Assembly (NCBI GenBank): GCA_003132205.1 | Contig: PKWY01000033.1 | Coordinates: 90,373 to 154,372 of the forward strand | Direction: 5' to 3' | DNA from: Acidimicrobiaceae bacterium | GTDB lineage: Bacteria > Actinomycetota > Acidimicrobiia > Acidimicrobiales > RAAP-2 | Length of the DNA: 64,000 nucleotides | In this document: in pieces, positions 1-9,255 of the stretch | Position numbering within the stretch: the first letter of the stretch is position 1 | Layout: each line of letters begins with the position of its first letter | The notes under the pieces: generated by a model | Database searches by the model: none | The model's input: the letters and a program-made list of their open reading frames with translations, nothing else | What the model was told of the DNA's origin: nothing | Program-made: the position numbers and the translations under genes

Positions 1-512
1 GCTACGCGAAAGAACCGGGACATTTCAGAGTGGCCAAGGGTTGAGGCAACATCAAGAAGACCTTGATCAATGGATGCGAAGGCCGCTCTCGCGGCGAGAA
101 TCAAGAACGGGGCCGAGCAGAATGTCATGGCAATGCAAATCCCGTAGACCGAATTCGTCAACTGTCGGTCGAAGAGTCTTCCTAGAGAACTGTAGGGACC
201 AACCAGGTACACCACAATGATGCCGCCCATCACCGGTGGAAGCGCCAGGGGGAGCGTTATGGCTATCTCGACCAATCGGGCAAGCCTGCTGGTGGAGCGA
301 GCGAGTACGTAGGCCAGAGGCGTGCCAAAGACGCAAATCACGACGAGTGAGACTGAGGCGCAAGAAATAGAAATCCAGAGCGAGGAGAAGAGTCCTGCGA
401 CATGGAACCCTCGCTCTCGAGCACTCACAAAGCGAATGACAAACAGCGCAATGGGTAGACCCAAATAGAGGACCAGTAATGCACCCAGCCACCTGAGTGG
501 ATTTTTTGTCAT
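1..512 (-). CDS. modB: Molybdate/tungstate ABC transporter permease, truncated by the window edge
   Basis: Not in the ORF track because it has no stop inside the window. Manual translation from ATG at 512 gives MTKNPLRWLGALLVLYLGLPIALFV...GTPLAYVLAR...LPLALPPVMGGII...APFLILAARAAFASIDQGLLDVASTLG, a ModB-type permease with an EAA-like loop, directly downstream of the binding-protein gene. Confidence 0.88.
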   Translation of the reverse strand, partial: MTKNPLRWLGALLVLYLGLPIALFVIRFVSARERGFHVAGLFSSLWISISCASVSLVVICVFGTPLAYVLARSTSRLARLVEIAITLPLALPPVMGGIIVVYLVGPYSSLGRLFDRQLTNSVYGICIAMTFCSAPFLILAARAAFASIDQGLLDVASTLGHSEMSRFFRV

Positions 513-524
513 TGGATCTTTCTC

Positions 525-1388
525 TTACGAAGCTCGAACAACCTTGAATGGTGAAACCGGGACAATGCCCTGCTTGATCAAGATTGCTTGGCCCTGCTTG
601 GCGAGCATCCACTTCACGAACGCTGCTGCCGGAGCCGGGTCTGGTGCACCCTTCAAAGTGGCAACGGTGTACTTTCCATTGAGGTTCTTCGTTCCCGTCA
701 GTGGCGCGTAGGGCAGATTCGCCGCATCAGCAGAGATCGCGTACATGAAACCAGCGTCCAATTGACCGGACTGAATGAGACCAGGGATTGCGTCCTCGGT
801 GTAGACGTTGCCCGTTGAAGCTGCAATTGTGAGCAGGTTGGGGATGTTGTAGGCGTACCCGATTCCATCAAGTGCGTCGACGTCAAGTACTCCACCCGGG
901 TCAACCGTTGGATCAGTGCGTCCAAGTTCGAATCCAGAGGATCGGACGACGTTGTACCAGGGACGCTTCTTCAGTGCGGAAGCAAACGATGACCGTGGGT
1001 TGTAGGCAAGCACGTCAGGTGAACTGCCAAACAACGTGTAGCTGCTGATCCAGTTGCCGTTGGCTGCTCCCTCAATTGAAGTGTCCGCAGCAGTCGAGGC
1101 ACTGATGAAGACGTCACCCTGCAAGGTCTTGGCCACAATGCCACTGGCGATGGCCGATGAACCCTCAGAGGTGTCTTGAATGGTGTAGCCGGTGTCCTTC
1201 TTGAACGCTGCCTCAAGCAGTGTCATGACGTTGGAGAAGGAACCGCACGAAAGGACTTCAACCGTTCCGGTGTGCTTGGTCGTTGCGCCCGCTGGCGAAG
1301 AGCTGGAAACAGCTCCCGTGGCCAACAGAACTACCACCGAGCTTGTCAAGGCAAGCCGATGCAACTGCTGTTTGAGTGTTGTTTTCAT
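525..1388 (-). CDS. modA: Molybdate/tungstate ABC substrate-binding protein (ModA/WtpA family)
   Basis: Signal peptide; GSF...EGSS...DVFISAS and LGRTDP..DPGG motifs; adjacent to modB and a Moco biosynthesis gene. Confidence 0.85.
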   Translation of the reverse strand: MKTTLKQQLHRLALTSSVVVLLATGAVSSSSPAGATTKHTGTVEVLSCGSFSNVMTLLEAAFKKDTGYTIQDTSEGSSAIASGIVAKTLQGDVFISASTAADTSIEGAANGNWISSYTLFGSSPDVLAYNPRSSFASALKKRPWYNVVRSSGFELGRTDPTVDPGGVLDVDALDGIGYAYNIPNLLTIAASTGNVYTEDAIPGLIQSGQLDAGFMYAISADAANLPYAPLTGTKNLNGKYTVATLKGAPDPAPAAAFVKWMLAKQGQAILIKQGIVPVSPFKVVRAS

Positions 1389-1704
1389 CTTCCCCGGTAA
1401 CTGGCAAATACTGTCACTTCAACGAATCAAACTAGCATATACGAGGTTTGTCGGTAGTTTTCATGGCAAACAAGGAGAACGAAAACGACCCCGAATTGAA
1501 CAGGGTTCCATTTGAGATCTTCACGGGAATTCGATCATCTCGCAATCGCGCACCAAAGCGACGGAGGTTGGTCAGCGACTGCTGCCAACCAGACGTTCCT
1601 CAGATCACCTCTCCACCAAACCCGGCGCCAACCAACTCGAAGAATCGAGCTGGCAACACCCAGCGACGGAAGAACGTTCTCCGACATCGCTGGCCTCACG
1701 AGAC

Positions 1705-2211
1705 TTACGACGAGTGCGCGGTTCTGTCAGCGCTATCTGATGGGTGAGGGCTCGCTTCTCCGCAGAGCAGTTCCAAGGCGTGCGGGAGGATGTCGAGCAC
1801 GGCCTCGAGACTCTCGAGCGCCCCCACGGGCGATCCTGGCGTATTGAGAACCAGACTCTGCCCAGCGGTTCCGGCCCGGGCTCTCGACAAGCGCCCTAGC
1901 GGGCTGACCGATCGCATGGCCTCGCCCAGTCCGGGCGCCTCCCGATCGAGCACCAGCAACGTCGCCTCTGGAGTCAGGTCGCGTGGCGAAAACCCGGTTC
2001 CCCCGGTCGTGACGATCAAGCCAGCGAAGTCAAGGGCCAGTTCCTCCAGAGCGCGCGAGACCGATTCGATGCCGTCGGGCACCACGCGCCGATCGACAAT
2101 CCGGTACCCAGCCTCTTCGAGACGCGACGCGAGCACTGACCCGCCCTCGTCCTCACGTCGTCCGGCATCGACCGAGTCCGAGACCGTGAGGATCTTGGCA
2201 GCGAGAACCAT
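1705..2211 (-). CDS. moaB: MogA/MoaB family molybdopterin adenylyltransferase
   Basis: LTVSD...ED..G, TTGGTGFSPRDLTPEAT, APGLGEAMR, LSRARAG and NTPGSP motifs. Confidence 0.92.
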   Translation of the reverse strand: MVLAAKILTVSDSVDAGRREDEGGSVLASRLEEAGYRIVDRRVVPDGIESVSRALEELALDFAGLIVTTGGTGFSPRDLTPEATLLVLDREAPGLGEAMRSVSPLGRLSRARAGTAGQSLVLNTPGSPVGALESLEAVLDILPHALELLCGEASPHPSDSADRTAHSS

Positions 2212-2277
2212 TCCCTGAGCGTAGGTGATTGAAGTCCCTCGTGCGACTCCCCCGACGTTGCGTCGGGTGCGACCGGG

Positions 2278-4818
2278 TCAGCGTTCGCGATGCATCAGAC
2301 CATCCGCGTCCAACGGCAACGACCGCAGACGTCGTGCGCAGATGTCAAAGATGGCGTTGGCGATGGCCGGTGCGACGGCGATCATGGGGGTCTCGCCTGC
2401 TCCGGCCGACGCCAGGTCGGGACGGTCGAGGAGAACCACCTCAATCGGGGGGACGTCGTGGAATCTCGGAACGCGGTAATCGGAGAAGGATCCGTTCGTG
2501 ATCACTCCGTCGCTGAAGCGGATTACCTCGAACAGCGCTCCGCCCAGGGCCATGACGGTGGCACCTTCGATCTGGTTGATCACCGTGTCGGGATTGACGA
2601 CGGCCCCGCATTCGTACGCCGTGACCAGCCGAACGACCCGCAGGCCCCCTTCGACGTCGCCGACCTCGGCCACGGTGGCCACCCGCCCGCCCTTCTCGAG
2701 GCCGCAGGCGATGCCCTGGCCCGCGCCAGCTCGCCCGCTCACCCAGCCGAAACGTTCGGCTGCCGCGCGCAGGACCGTGACGAGCCGTTCGTCGTCGAGG
2801 TTGGCCACGCGAAACTCGACCGGGTCCCAGCCGAGCTGATGCGCGAGTTCGTCCATCTGGGATTCGCGCGCGAAGTTGTTGGCGTTGGCCGCGAGGGCCC
2901 GGTACGACGCCTGGGAGAGCGGGCTCGCGGCAGGCTGATAGTCGATCCGCTGGTTCGCCACCCGGTAGGGGCTTGCGATTGCTGCCGGGCCCGAATTGAT
3001 ATTGGTGAACGTCCAGGCGGTAAGTTCGCCGCTCGCCGTGGCCGCACTCGCCACGTCGATGATCGCCGCCGGGCGCAGCGTGCCCGCAGTGAACTCCTCG
3101 TGACGCGACCACATGACCTTGACCGGCCCGCCGACCTCTCGAGCCATGATGGCCGCCTCGGTGGCGACACCGGCCCCGTGTTTGCCGCCGAAGCCGCCAC
3201 CGGTGGGCGGCACAATCACCCGAACGTGCTGCTCGTCGAGATCGAGCGCCGCCGCGACCTGGACACGCGTCGGGAACGGCGTCTGGGTCCCGACCCAAAT
3301 CGTCAGCCGGCCGTCGTCGTCCCAGACGGCCAGCGCGCCTCGGGTTTCGAGAGGCGCGGGCGCGATGTAGGCGGTGGTGTACGTGGCCTGACCCCGCACC
3401 GCAGACCTAGCCAGGGTCTCATCAGGGTTGCCTTGCTCAACATGGACCGACCGGCTCCAGCCGTCGGTTTCGGACGACAGATGAGAGCGCAGGAACTCTT
3501 CGAGGCCGTCATTCGACGGAGCATCTGGCACGTCCCACTCTGGACGAAGACTAGCCAGCGCCAGGCGCGCAGAAACTGGGTCGGCGGCTACGACGCCGGT
3601 CACCCTGCGCGTGCGTACCACGACCGCGTCGCCGCGATCCTCGAGGGCGGTGACGTCGAGCTCGCGAAGGGTCGCGCCCAATACGGGGGGACGCAGCACC
3701 ACTCCGTAGCGCAAGCCGGGAAGGGTGAGGTCCGAGACGAACTGGCGCGCTCCGGTCACGATGTCGAGCATTCCATCGGGCACGTGAGGCTCTCCGGCCA
3801 CGCGCCACTCGGTACCCGCCATGACGACCGGTTCGCCAGTAACGATCTCGACCCGTCGCGATCCGGCGTTCACGGGCAAGAGGGTGCGCGCATGAGCCGC
3901 CACCTGGGCCAGGGCGTGGCCGGCGTCGGGCATTGACCGGCTGCCGAAGGTGCCCATGTCGTAGGGGCAGAGATCGGTATCGCCCATCGCCAAGCGGACT
4001 TTCGACAGGGGAACGTGCAGCTCCTCTGCGACCAAGAGACGCAGCGCCGTGCAGTTGTCCTGGCCCACGTCAACCTTGCCGGTGAACGCAGTCACCGTGG
4101 CGTCGTCGCCGACGTGGAGCCAGGCGCCTGCTCCGGTCGTCCAGCTGCCGGGCGCGAGGGGCGGTGCCGGGAGTACCACTACCAGCCCGTCGCCAAGCAC
4201 CTCGAACCAGTCGCGGTCCTCAGGTTCGGTCATGTCCCAGGGGCGCGAGGGGCGCCGCTGGGGAGTCCGTGGATCTCCAAACTCCCAGCGGTCCGCCGCT
4301 CGAGTGGCATCCATTGCGGTGGCGCCGGACTGCTCGCTCAGCTCAACCGCCCGATGCACCGCCCGGCGGATTCGCGGATAAGTGCCGCAGCGACAGAGGT
4401 TGCCCTCCAGAGCATCGTCAATGGCGACGTCATCCGGATTCGACTCACGAGCCAAGAGCGCCACCACCGACAAGACCATGCCGGGCGTGCAGTAGCCGCA
4501 CTGGGCAGCGCCGACCTCCACGAACGCTTGTTGAACATGGTGTAGTTTGCCGGCGTTCGCGACCGCCTCGATGGTCATGATGTTGCGGCCCGCCAAGTCG
4601 GCGACTTGACGCCGACAAGCATGTTCGGGTTCACCGTCAACAAGCACCGTGCACGATCCGCACGCCCCCTCCCCGCAGCCCGGCTTCGCGCCCGTCAAGC
4701 CCAACTCGCCGCGCAACGCCGACAGTAACGACGCCGGCGATTGCACAGACCGAGCGCTGCCGTTGACCGTCAACGTCACATTTCGCGCGTCGCCGTGCGC
4801 CTCGTCGTCTCTGTCCAT
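2278..4818 (-). CDS. Xanthine-oxidase-family molybdoenzyme: fused (2Fe-2S)x2 small subunit and IorB-type molybdopterin subunit (846 aa)
   Basis: N-terminal GCGEGACGSC...C and QCGYC...NLCRC clusters continue in frame into GKVDVGQ, GTFGSRS, GGGFGGK, AYECG..VNP...QIEG and GAGE motifs of the Mo-binding subunit. Confidence 0.92.
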   Translation of the reverse strand: MDRDDEAHGDARNVTLTVNGSARSVQSPASLLSALRGELGLTGAKPGCGEGACGSCTVLVDGEPEHACRRQVADLAGRNIMTIEAVANAGKLHHVQQAFVEVGAAQCGYCTPGMVLSVVALLARESNPDDVAIDDALEGNLCRCGTYPRIRRAVHRAVELSEQSGATAMDATRAADRWEFGDPRTPQRRPSRPWDMTEPEDRDWFEVLGDGLVVVLPAPPLAPGSWTTGAGAWLHVGDDATVTAFTGKVDVGQDNCTALRLLVAEELHVPLSKVRLAMGDTDLCPYDMGTFGSRSMPDAGHALAQVAAHARTLLPVNAGSRRVEIVTGEPVVMAGTEWRVAGEPHVPDGMLDIVTGARQFVSDLTLPGLRYGVVLRPPVLGATLRELDVTALEDRGDAVVVRTRRVTGVVAADPVSARLALASLRPEWDVPDAPSNDGLEEFLRSHLSSETDGWSRSVHVEQGNPDETLARSAVRGQATYTTAYIAPAPLETRGALAVWDDDGRLTIWVGTQTPFPTRVQVAAALDLDEQHVRVIVPPTGGGFGGKHGAGVATEAAIMAREVGGPVKVMWSRHEEFTAGTLRPAAIIDVASAATASGELTAWTFTNINSGPAAIASPYRVANQRIDYQPAASPLSQASYRALAANANNFARESQMDELAHQLGWDPVEFRVANLDDERLVTVLRAAAERFGWVSGRAGAGQGIACGLEKGGRVATVAEVGDVEGGLRVVRLVTAYECGAVVNPDTVINQIEGATVMALGGALFEVIRFSDGVITNGSFSDYRVPRFHDVPPIEVVLLDRPDLASAGAGETPMIAVAPAIANAIFDICARRLRSLPLDADGLMHRER

Positions 4819-5095
4819 GGTCGGATGCTAACCCCGCCAGTCGACGAGACCCATGGTGAATCGTTCCGGATTCTGCGTCGACGCTCTTCATCTGCCCCCA
4901 TCTTGGGGTTCAGTTCCTCTCCACTGACGCTCCGTCAGCCACTACCTCCAACGTAGGAAGACTGCTTTTGAGAGCCACTGGATCTGTTCGAACTTCTGAA
5001 TCATCGGACATGGCTTGTCGTTCCCTTTTAGGTATTCGATTGGGAACTCGAACTGCAGCCTCAACCTCTTCTCGACTCGGCCTCTGCTCCAAAAG

Positions 5096-5125
5096 TTAGT
5101 TGCTTCTTACGTAAGGCATGGCTAA
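5096..5125. promoter_or_regulatory. Putative ArsR operator (TTAG-N6-CTTACGTAAG-N6-CTAA)
   Basis: Perfect 10-bp palindrome at 5106-5115 with symmetric TTAG/CTAA flanks at the start of the ArsR gene. Confidence 0.55.
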
Positions 5126-5453
5126 CATCATGCGCGTGGACACGATGCTGAAGACCCTTGGCGAGCCGAGACGGTGCGAGATCATCCGCCTCGTCTGGTC
5201 CAAGGAGCTGCCCGCAACCGAAATTGCGAGCCACTTTCCCGACGTCACCCGTTCGGCGATCTCGCAGCATCTTGGCGTCCTTCGCCGCACGGGACTCGTG
5301 AACGAGCGCCGCGACGGAACGCGCCGACTCTATTCAGTGAACCAGAGTGAGATAGCAAAACTCAGGGCGTTTATCGATTCGTTTTGGACCAACAATCTCG
5401 AGAAGCTTCGCGATCTCGCAGAGTCGCATGAACAACTGAAAGGTCATGAATGA
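5118..5453 (+). CDS. ArsR/SmtB family transcriptional regulator (true start may be 5130)
   Basis: LGEPRRCEII...EIASHF...SAISQHLGVLRRTGLV..RRDGTRRLY winged HTH. Confidence 0.92.
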   Translation: MANIMRVDTMLKTLGEPRRCEIIRLVWSKELPATEIASHFPDVTRSAISQHLGVLRRTGLVNERRDGTRRLYSVNQSEIAKLRAFIDSFWTNNLEKLRDLAESHEQLKGHE

Positions 5454-5890
5454 GCACCGAAGTCGTCAAAGAGTTAACGATCAAAGCGTCACCCGCAACA
5501 ATCTTTCCCTACCTCGTTGACCCTGAGAAGCTCGTGCAGTGGATGGGGACTGAAGTCTCCGTGAATCCGGTTCCAGGCGGTGAGTTCCGGGTTCTTTGCG
5601 GAGGCATCAATCCGAGCGCTGGAGAGTTCGTGGAGATCATTCCCAACCAGAAGGTCGTCTTCACCTTCGGATGGGACCTTCCCGGTCATCCGATTCCCGC
5701 CGGTTCAACAGAAGTTGAAATCACGCTGACCCCTGAGGGCGAACACACCCTGCTGCGCCTGATCCACCGCGGACTGGCCGACGACGCAATCAGCGACCAT
5801 TTGAATGGATGGAACTACTACCTTGGTCGACTCGAAAAGGTCATCGACGGTGTTGACCCCGGACCAGACAGCGCGGACCTGGGCCAATGA
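5450..5890 (+). CDS. SRPBCC/AHSA1 domain protein
   Basis: I.ASPATIFPYLVDPEKLVQW...PGGEF...KVVFTFGW...TLLRLIH...GWNYYL; ATGA overlap with the ArsR gene. Confidence 0.9.
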   Translation: MSTEVVKELTIKASPATIFPYLVDPEKLVQWMGTEVSVNPVPGGEFRVLCGGINPSAGEFVEIIPNQKVVFTFGWDLPGHPIPAGSTEVEITLTPEGEHTLLRLIHRGLADDAISDHLNGWNYYLGRLEKVIDGVDPGPDSADLGQ

Positions 5891-5921
5891 CCATCCATGA
5901 GTTAAGTGAAAGAGGCCTGGC

Positions 5922-6548
5922 ATGAAGTCTCAGGAGACTTGGAAGTACATCCATTCGGAGCGAGTCCAGATGGCCGACACCTTGGATTCGCTTTCTGCGG
6001 AGCAATGGGGTGCCGCATCATGGTGCGAGGGCTGGACGGTCCATGAGACCGTCGGGCACATCGTGGCTGCTGCCGAGCAGACTCCTCTCAATTTCTACAA
6101 GGAGTTGATCTCGGCGGGAATCAAATTCAACGTCTTCACCGAACGTGGTGCCGCGCGCCTTGCGAGAGTTAGCCCCGACGAGTTGATTCGCCGTCTTCGA
6201 GCAAGAACTACAACGACCAACCACCCTCCGGCCCCGGTAATGGCGATGCTTGGCGAAATTGTGGTGCACGGTGACGACATCCGTCGGCCCCTTGGGCTCG
6301 TGCATCGATCACCAGAGGTTGCCCTCGTCGCAGTCGCCGACAGTTGGAAGAACTCGAACCTCCTCATCGGATCGAAGCGGAGAATCTCGGGGCTGCGGCT
6401 CCGCGCCACCGATGTCGCCTGGGTTCACGGTGACGGTCCAGAAGTGTCAGGACCATTGCAGTCGCTCGTGCTCGCCATGACGGGACGCAAGGGATCTCAT
6501 CAAGACCTCTCGGGCGAAGGTCTTTCGATTCTCGCGAGTCGCATCTGA
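5922..6548 (+). CDS. Maleylpyruvate-isomerase-like (MDMPI/DinB superfamily) metal-dependent protein
   Basis: W...SWCEGWTVHETVGH and EIVVHGDDIRRPLG motifs. Confidence 0.85.
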   Translation: MKSQETWKYIHSERVQMADTLDSLSAEQWGAASWCEGWTVHETVGHIVAAAEQTPLNFYKELISAGIKFNVFTERGAARLARVSPDELIRRLRARTTTTNHPPAPVMAMLGEIVVHGDDIRRPLGLVHRSPEVALVAVADSWKNSNLLIGSKRRISGLRLRATDVAWVHGDGPEVSGPLQSLVLAMTGRKGSHQDLSGEGLSILASRI

Positions 6549-6671
6549 ACCCGCCTTCGAGCTCAAGACCAGGGCGTCTCAAGCGTTTGCGCGACGATAG
6601 CCGTCTTGACTCTTGGGACTAGGAGTTCATGCACATGCATGTCGTTCGCGACGACTTTGGTTTGAACAACC

Positions 6672-7535
6672 TCAAATTTCAGGCTGCGTCAACAGTCGTG
6701 GCACCAGCGCCTGTGCACGAGTGTGAGCGGCAATCTCGCACATCGTGGCTACCCACACCCCAGGCGCCCCCACTGCTTCTTCCATGATCTGTGACAATGC
6801 GGCCGCCCGAGACGGACGACCGGACAAGAATGGATGAGCGGTCAGCACAAAACAACCGCCTTCGGTGGTCGTGGCTTGCAACTCCAGCGACCACATTTCT
6901 CGAGTCTTCGCGGGACTCTCGATCAAGCCACTGCCGAACAGGTCCGGCACGTAGCAGTACTGCTCCCAATCATCGAGAGCCCAGTGAATCGGAATCTCCA
7001 CGATGCTATCGACGCCGTTGCCGGTGGCGAGCTCATAGGGATTGTCGGCGTCCATAAGGCTTGAGTCGTAGAGGAAGCCCCGCTCATGGAGCAGGGCGGC
7101 GGAGCGATAGTTCAACTCCCACATCGGTGCGCGATAACCAACCGGCGTGATCCCCGCGACCTCTTGGAGCGCGGCGATGCCTCGCTCGAGATACTCGATC
7201 TCCGAGGCCTCGTCGGCTTCGCCAAGAGGTTCGTGAAGATAGCCGTGGTGAGCGATCTCGTGGGCCGCCGACGCGATAGCTCGTACGGTGTCCGGGTAAC
7301 GATGCGCCGTGTAGCCCGGAACGAAGAAGGTCGCCTTGATCCCGTGCTGTTCGAGCAAACGCAAAAGGCGAGGAACACCCGTCAAGGGTCCGTAGGACTG
7401 ATGCGACATCACGCTCATCCGTGATGCGGCCTGAGGGGCGAACGACAAGACAGCGGATTCGGCGTCAAGATCAAAGCAGAACGAGGCCGCCGCTGTCTTG
7501 CCGTGCGGCCACGTGGTGCAAAAGGAATCCGTCAT
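6672..7535 (-). CDS. Polysaccharide deacetylase (CE4/PuuE-like) family hydrolase
   Basis: FDLDAE, YGP..GVPRLL, TFFVPG, HEIAHHGYLHE, GYRAP and YDSS motifs; no signal peptide. Confidence 0.88.
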   Translation of the reverse strand: MTDSFCTTWPHGKTAAASFCFDLDAESAVLSFAPQAASRMSVMSHQSYGPLTGVPRLLRLLEQHGIKATFFVPGYTAHRYPDTVRAIASAAHEIAHHGYLHEPLGEADEASEIEYLERGIAALQEVAGITPVGYRAPMWELNYRSAALLHERGFLYDSSLMDADNPYELATGNGVDSIVEIPIHWALDDWEQYCYVPDLFGSGLIESPAKTREMWSLELQATTTEGGCFVLTAHPFLSGRPSRAAALSQIMEEAVGAPGVWVATMCEIAAHTRAQALVPRLLTQPEI

Positions 7536-8488
7536 CGCCTGCGGGCTGCTTCAAAAAGCGCCACGAACTCATAGGCCAGATTCGCCGCAGCAATCCCGGT
7601 GATCTCAGCGTGATCATAGGCAGGAGACACCTCGACAACGTCGGCACCGACAATATTGGCGCCGACAAACCCACGCACCATCGCCACCAGCTCACGGCTG
7701 GTCAGCCCCGCAGATTCGGGCGTTCCGGTGCCCGGAGCAAACGCGGGGTCCAGCACGTCGATATCAATCGACAGGTACGTCGGCAGATCCCCCACCTGGT
7801 CTCGAAGCCGCTCGATGATTGCGGGCACGCCGACCCGGTCAACCTCCAGGCAGTTGATCATCTGAAAACCCATCTCGGCATCCTCGGTCAGATCACTCGT
7901 CCCGTAGAGCGAGCCGCGAATCCCAACGTGAGCGCTCTGGCCGGGGACGAACAAGCCCTCTTCGGCAGCCCTGCGAAAGGGAGTCCCGTGGGTGAAGGGA
8001 GCGCCGAAGTAGGTGGGCCAGGTGTCCAGGTGGGCGTCGAAGTGCACCAGCGCGACTGGTCCGTGCACCTTGTTCATGGCACGAAGAATCGGAAGCGCGA
8101 TGGTGTGATCACCGCCCAACGTAACGAGACCTTGACGCTCCCCCATCAGCGCCAGCGCCCCCGCCTCGATCTGGTCGATAGCCTCGACAAGATCGAACGG
8201 ATTACAGGCGATGTCGCCCGCATCGACCACTTGTTGGAACCGGAATGGTTCGATGTCGACTGACGGGTTATAGGGCCGCAGCAGCCGTGATGACTGGCGG
8301 ATGTGAGACGGGCCGAAGCGAGCCCCGGGCCGGTAGGTCACCCCGGAGTCGAAGGGGACGCCAACCACGGCAACGTCATAGCGTTCAACGTCTTCGCGCC
8401 GCGGCAGACGGGCAAAGGTCGTGAGTCCGGCGTAGCGAGGGACTTCAAGACCATTCGTCTGACCGATAATTTCCCGTGAATCGCTCAT
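7532..8488 (-). CDS. speB: Agmatinase-family ureohydrolase
   Basis: GVPFD, RPGARFGP, GGDHTI, HFDAHLD, HGTPF and SIDIDVLDP Mn-binding motifs. The exact guanidino substrate is not established. Confidence 0.85.
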   Translation of the reverse strand: MSDSREIIGQTNGLEVPRYAGLTTFARLPRREDVERYDVAVVGVPFDSGVTYRPGARFGPSHIRQSSRLLRPYNPSVDIEPFRFQQVVDAGDIACNPFDLVEAIDQIEAGALALMGERQGLVTLGGDHTIALPILRAMNKVHGPVALVHFDAHLDTWPTYFGAPFTHGTPFRRAAEEGLFVPGQSAHVGIRGSLYGTSDLTEDAEMGFQMINCLEVDRVGVPAIIERLRDQVGDLPTYLSIDIDVLDPAFAPGTGTPESAGLTSRELVAMVRGFVGANIVGADVVEVSPAYDHAEITGIAAANLAYEFVALFEAARRR

Positions 8489-9255
8489 ACTCGGCCCCGC
8501 ACCTCTCCGCCGTTCACCTGCAAGATCGTTCCCACCATGGCCCCCATCCGCCGATCCGCCAAGAACGCGACCCCGGCCGCGATCTCGTCGGGCTGAGCCA
8601 CGCGGCCCGCTGGAATGTTCTCGGCATAGACCGCTTCGATTTCGGACACGCTGACCCCGGCGGCCCCGGCGTCGATCTCAAGCTGTGGCGTCGAGGTCAC
8701 ACCAGGAGCGATGCCGTTAACGATAATCCCTTCGGGTGCCAACTCACGGCCCAAGGTCTTGATGAGTGCCACAAGTCCCGCCTTGGAAGCGGCGTACGCC
8801 GTGGCATTGGGCCACCCGATCACACCCCAGTAGGAGGACACAATGACAATGCGACCCGTTCCCAGAGCGCGCATCGATGGCAGCACCCCTTGGACCAGGT
8901 GGAACGCGCCGGTCAGGTTGGTGTCGACGACCTTCCACCAGTCATCGATCGGGTGTTCGGTGAATGGAGCCATTGTCATGTAGGCCGCATTGCAGATCAA
9001 GGTTCCGATCGGGCCCGAGGTCTCGACCAAGGAAGAAACCATCCGATTGACCTGCGCCCGGTCCGAGACATCAGCAGGGGCGACAACGCCACCCACCTCC
9101 TTGACCATGGCGTCCATCGCTGGACTCGCAACTCGGTCGTTGATGGCGAGCTTGGCGCCAGCCAGGGCGAAACGGCGCGCGATGGCGGCGCCGATGCCCT
9201 GCGTGGCCCCCGTAATCAAAGTTGTCGAGTCAGTATCGAGCACGGCACCGTTCAT
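8485..9255 (-). CDS. SDR family oxidoreductase
   Basis: TGATQGIG, NAA, YAASK. Confidence 0.92.
   Translation of the reverse strand: MNGAVLDTDSTTLITGATQGIGAAIARRFALAGAKLAINDRVASPAMDAMVKEVGGVVAPADVSDRAQVNRMVSSLVETSGPIGTLICNAAYMTMAPFTEHPIDDWWKVVDTNLTGAFHLVQGVLPSMRALGTGRIVIVSSYWGVIGWPNATAYAASKAGLVALIKTLGRELAPEGIIVNGIAPGVTSTPQLEIDAGAAGVSVSEIEAVYAENIPAGRVAQPDEIAAGVAFLADRRMGAMVGTILQVNGGEVRGRV

Noticed and set aside
67-612. 181-aa ORF from the track on the minus strand
   Set aside because: It overlaps the real modB frame (ATG 512), which translates as a clear permease; this alternative frame has no plausible product.
1389-1704. Possible Moco/Tuco riboswitch upstream of modA
   Set aside because: The location is suggestive, but I could not identify the conserved motif by eye on either strand.
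2290-3936. Long antisense ORFs (e.g. 2290-3936 +, 16096-17388 +, 37339-38346 -, 61410-62651 -)
   Set aside because: They are shadow frames opposite well-supported genes in GC-rich sequence and have no recognisable motifs.
4910-5092. 60-aa ORF starting EQRPSREEVEAAVR, resembling the N-terminus of GTP cyclohydrolase I (FolE)
   Set aside because: Similarity ends after about 14 residues, the start codon is TTG, and no FolE catalytic motifs follow. It is too weak to call even as a pseudogene.
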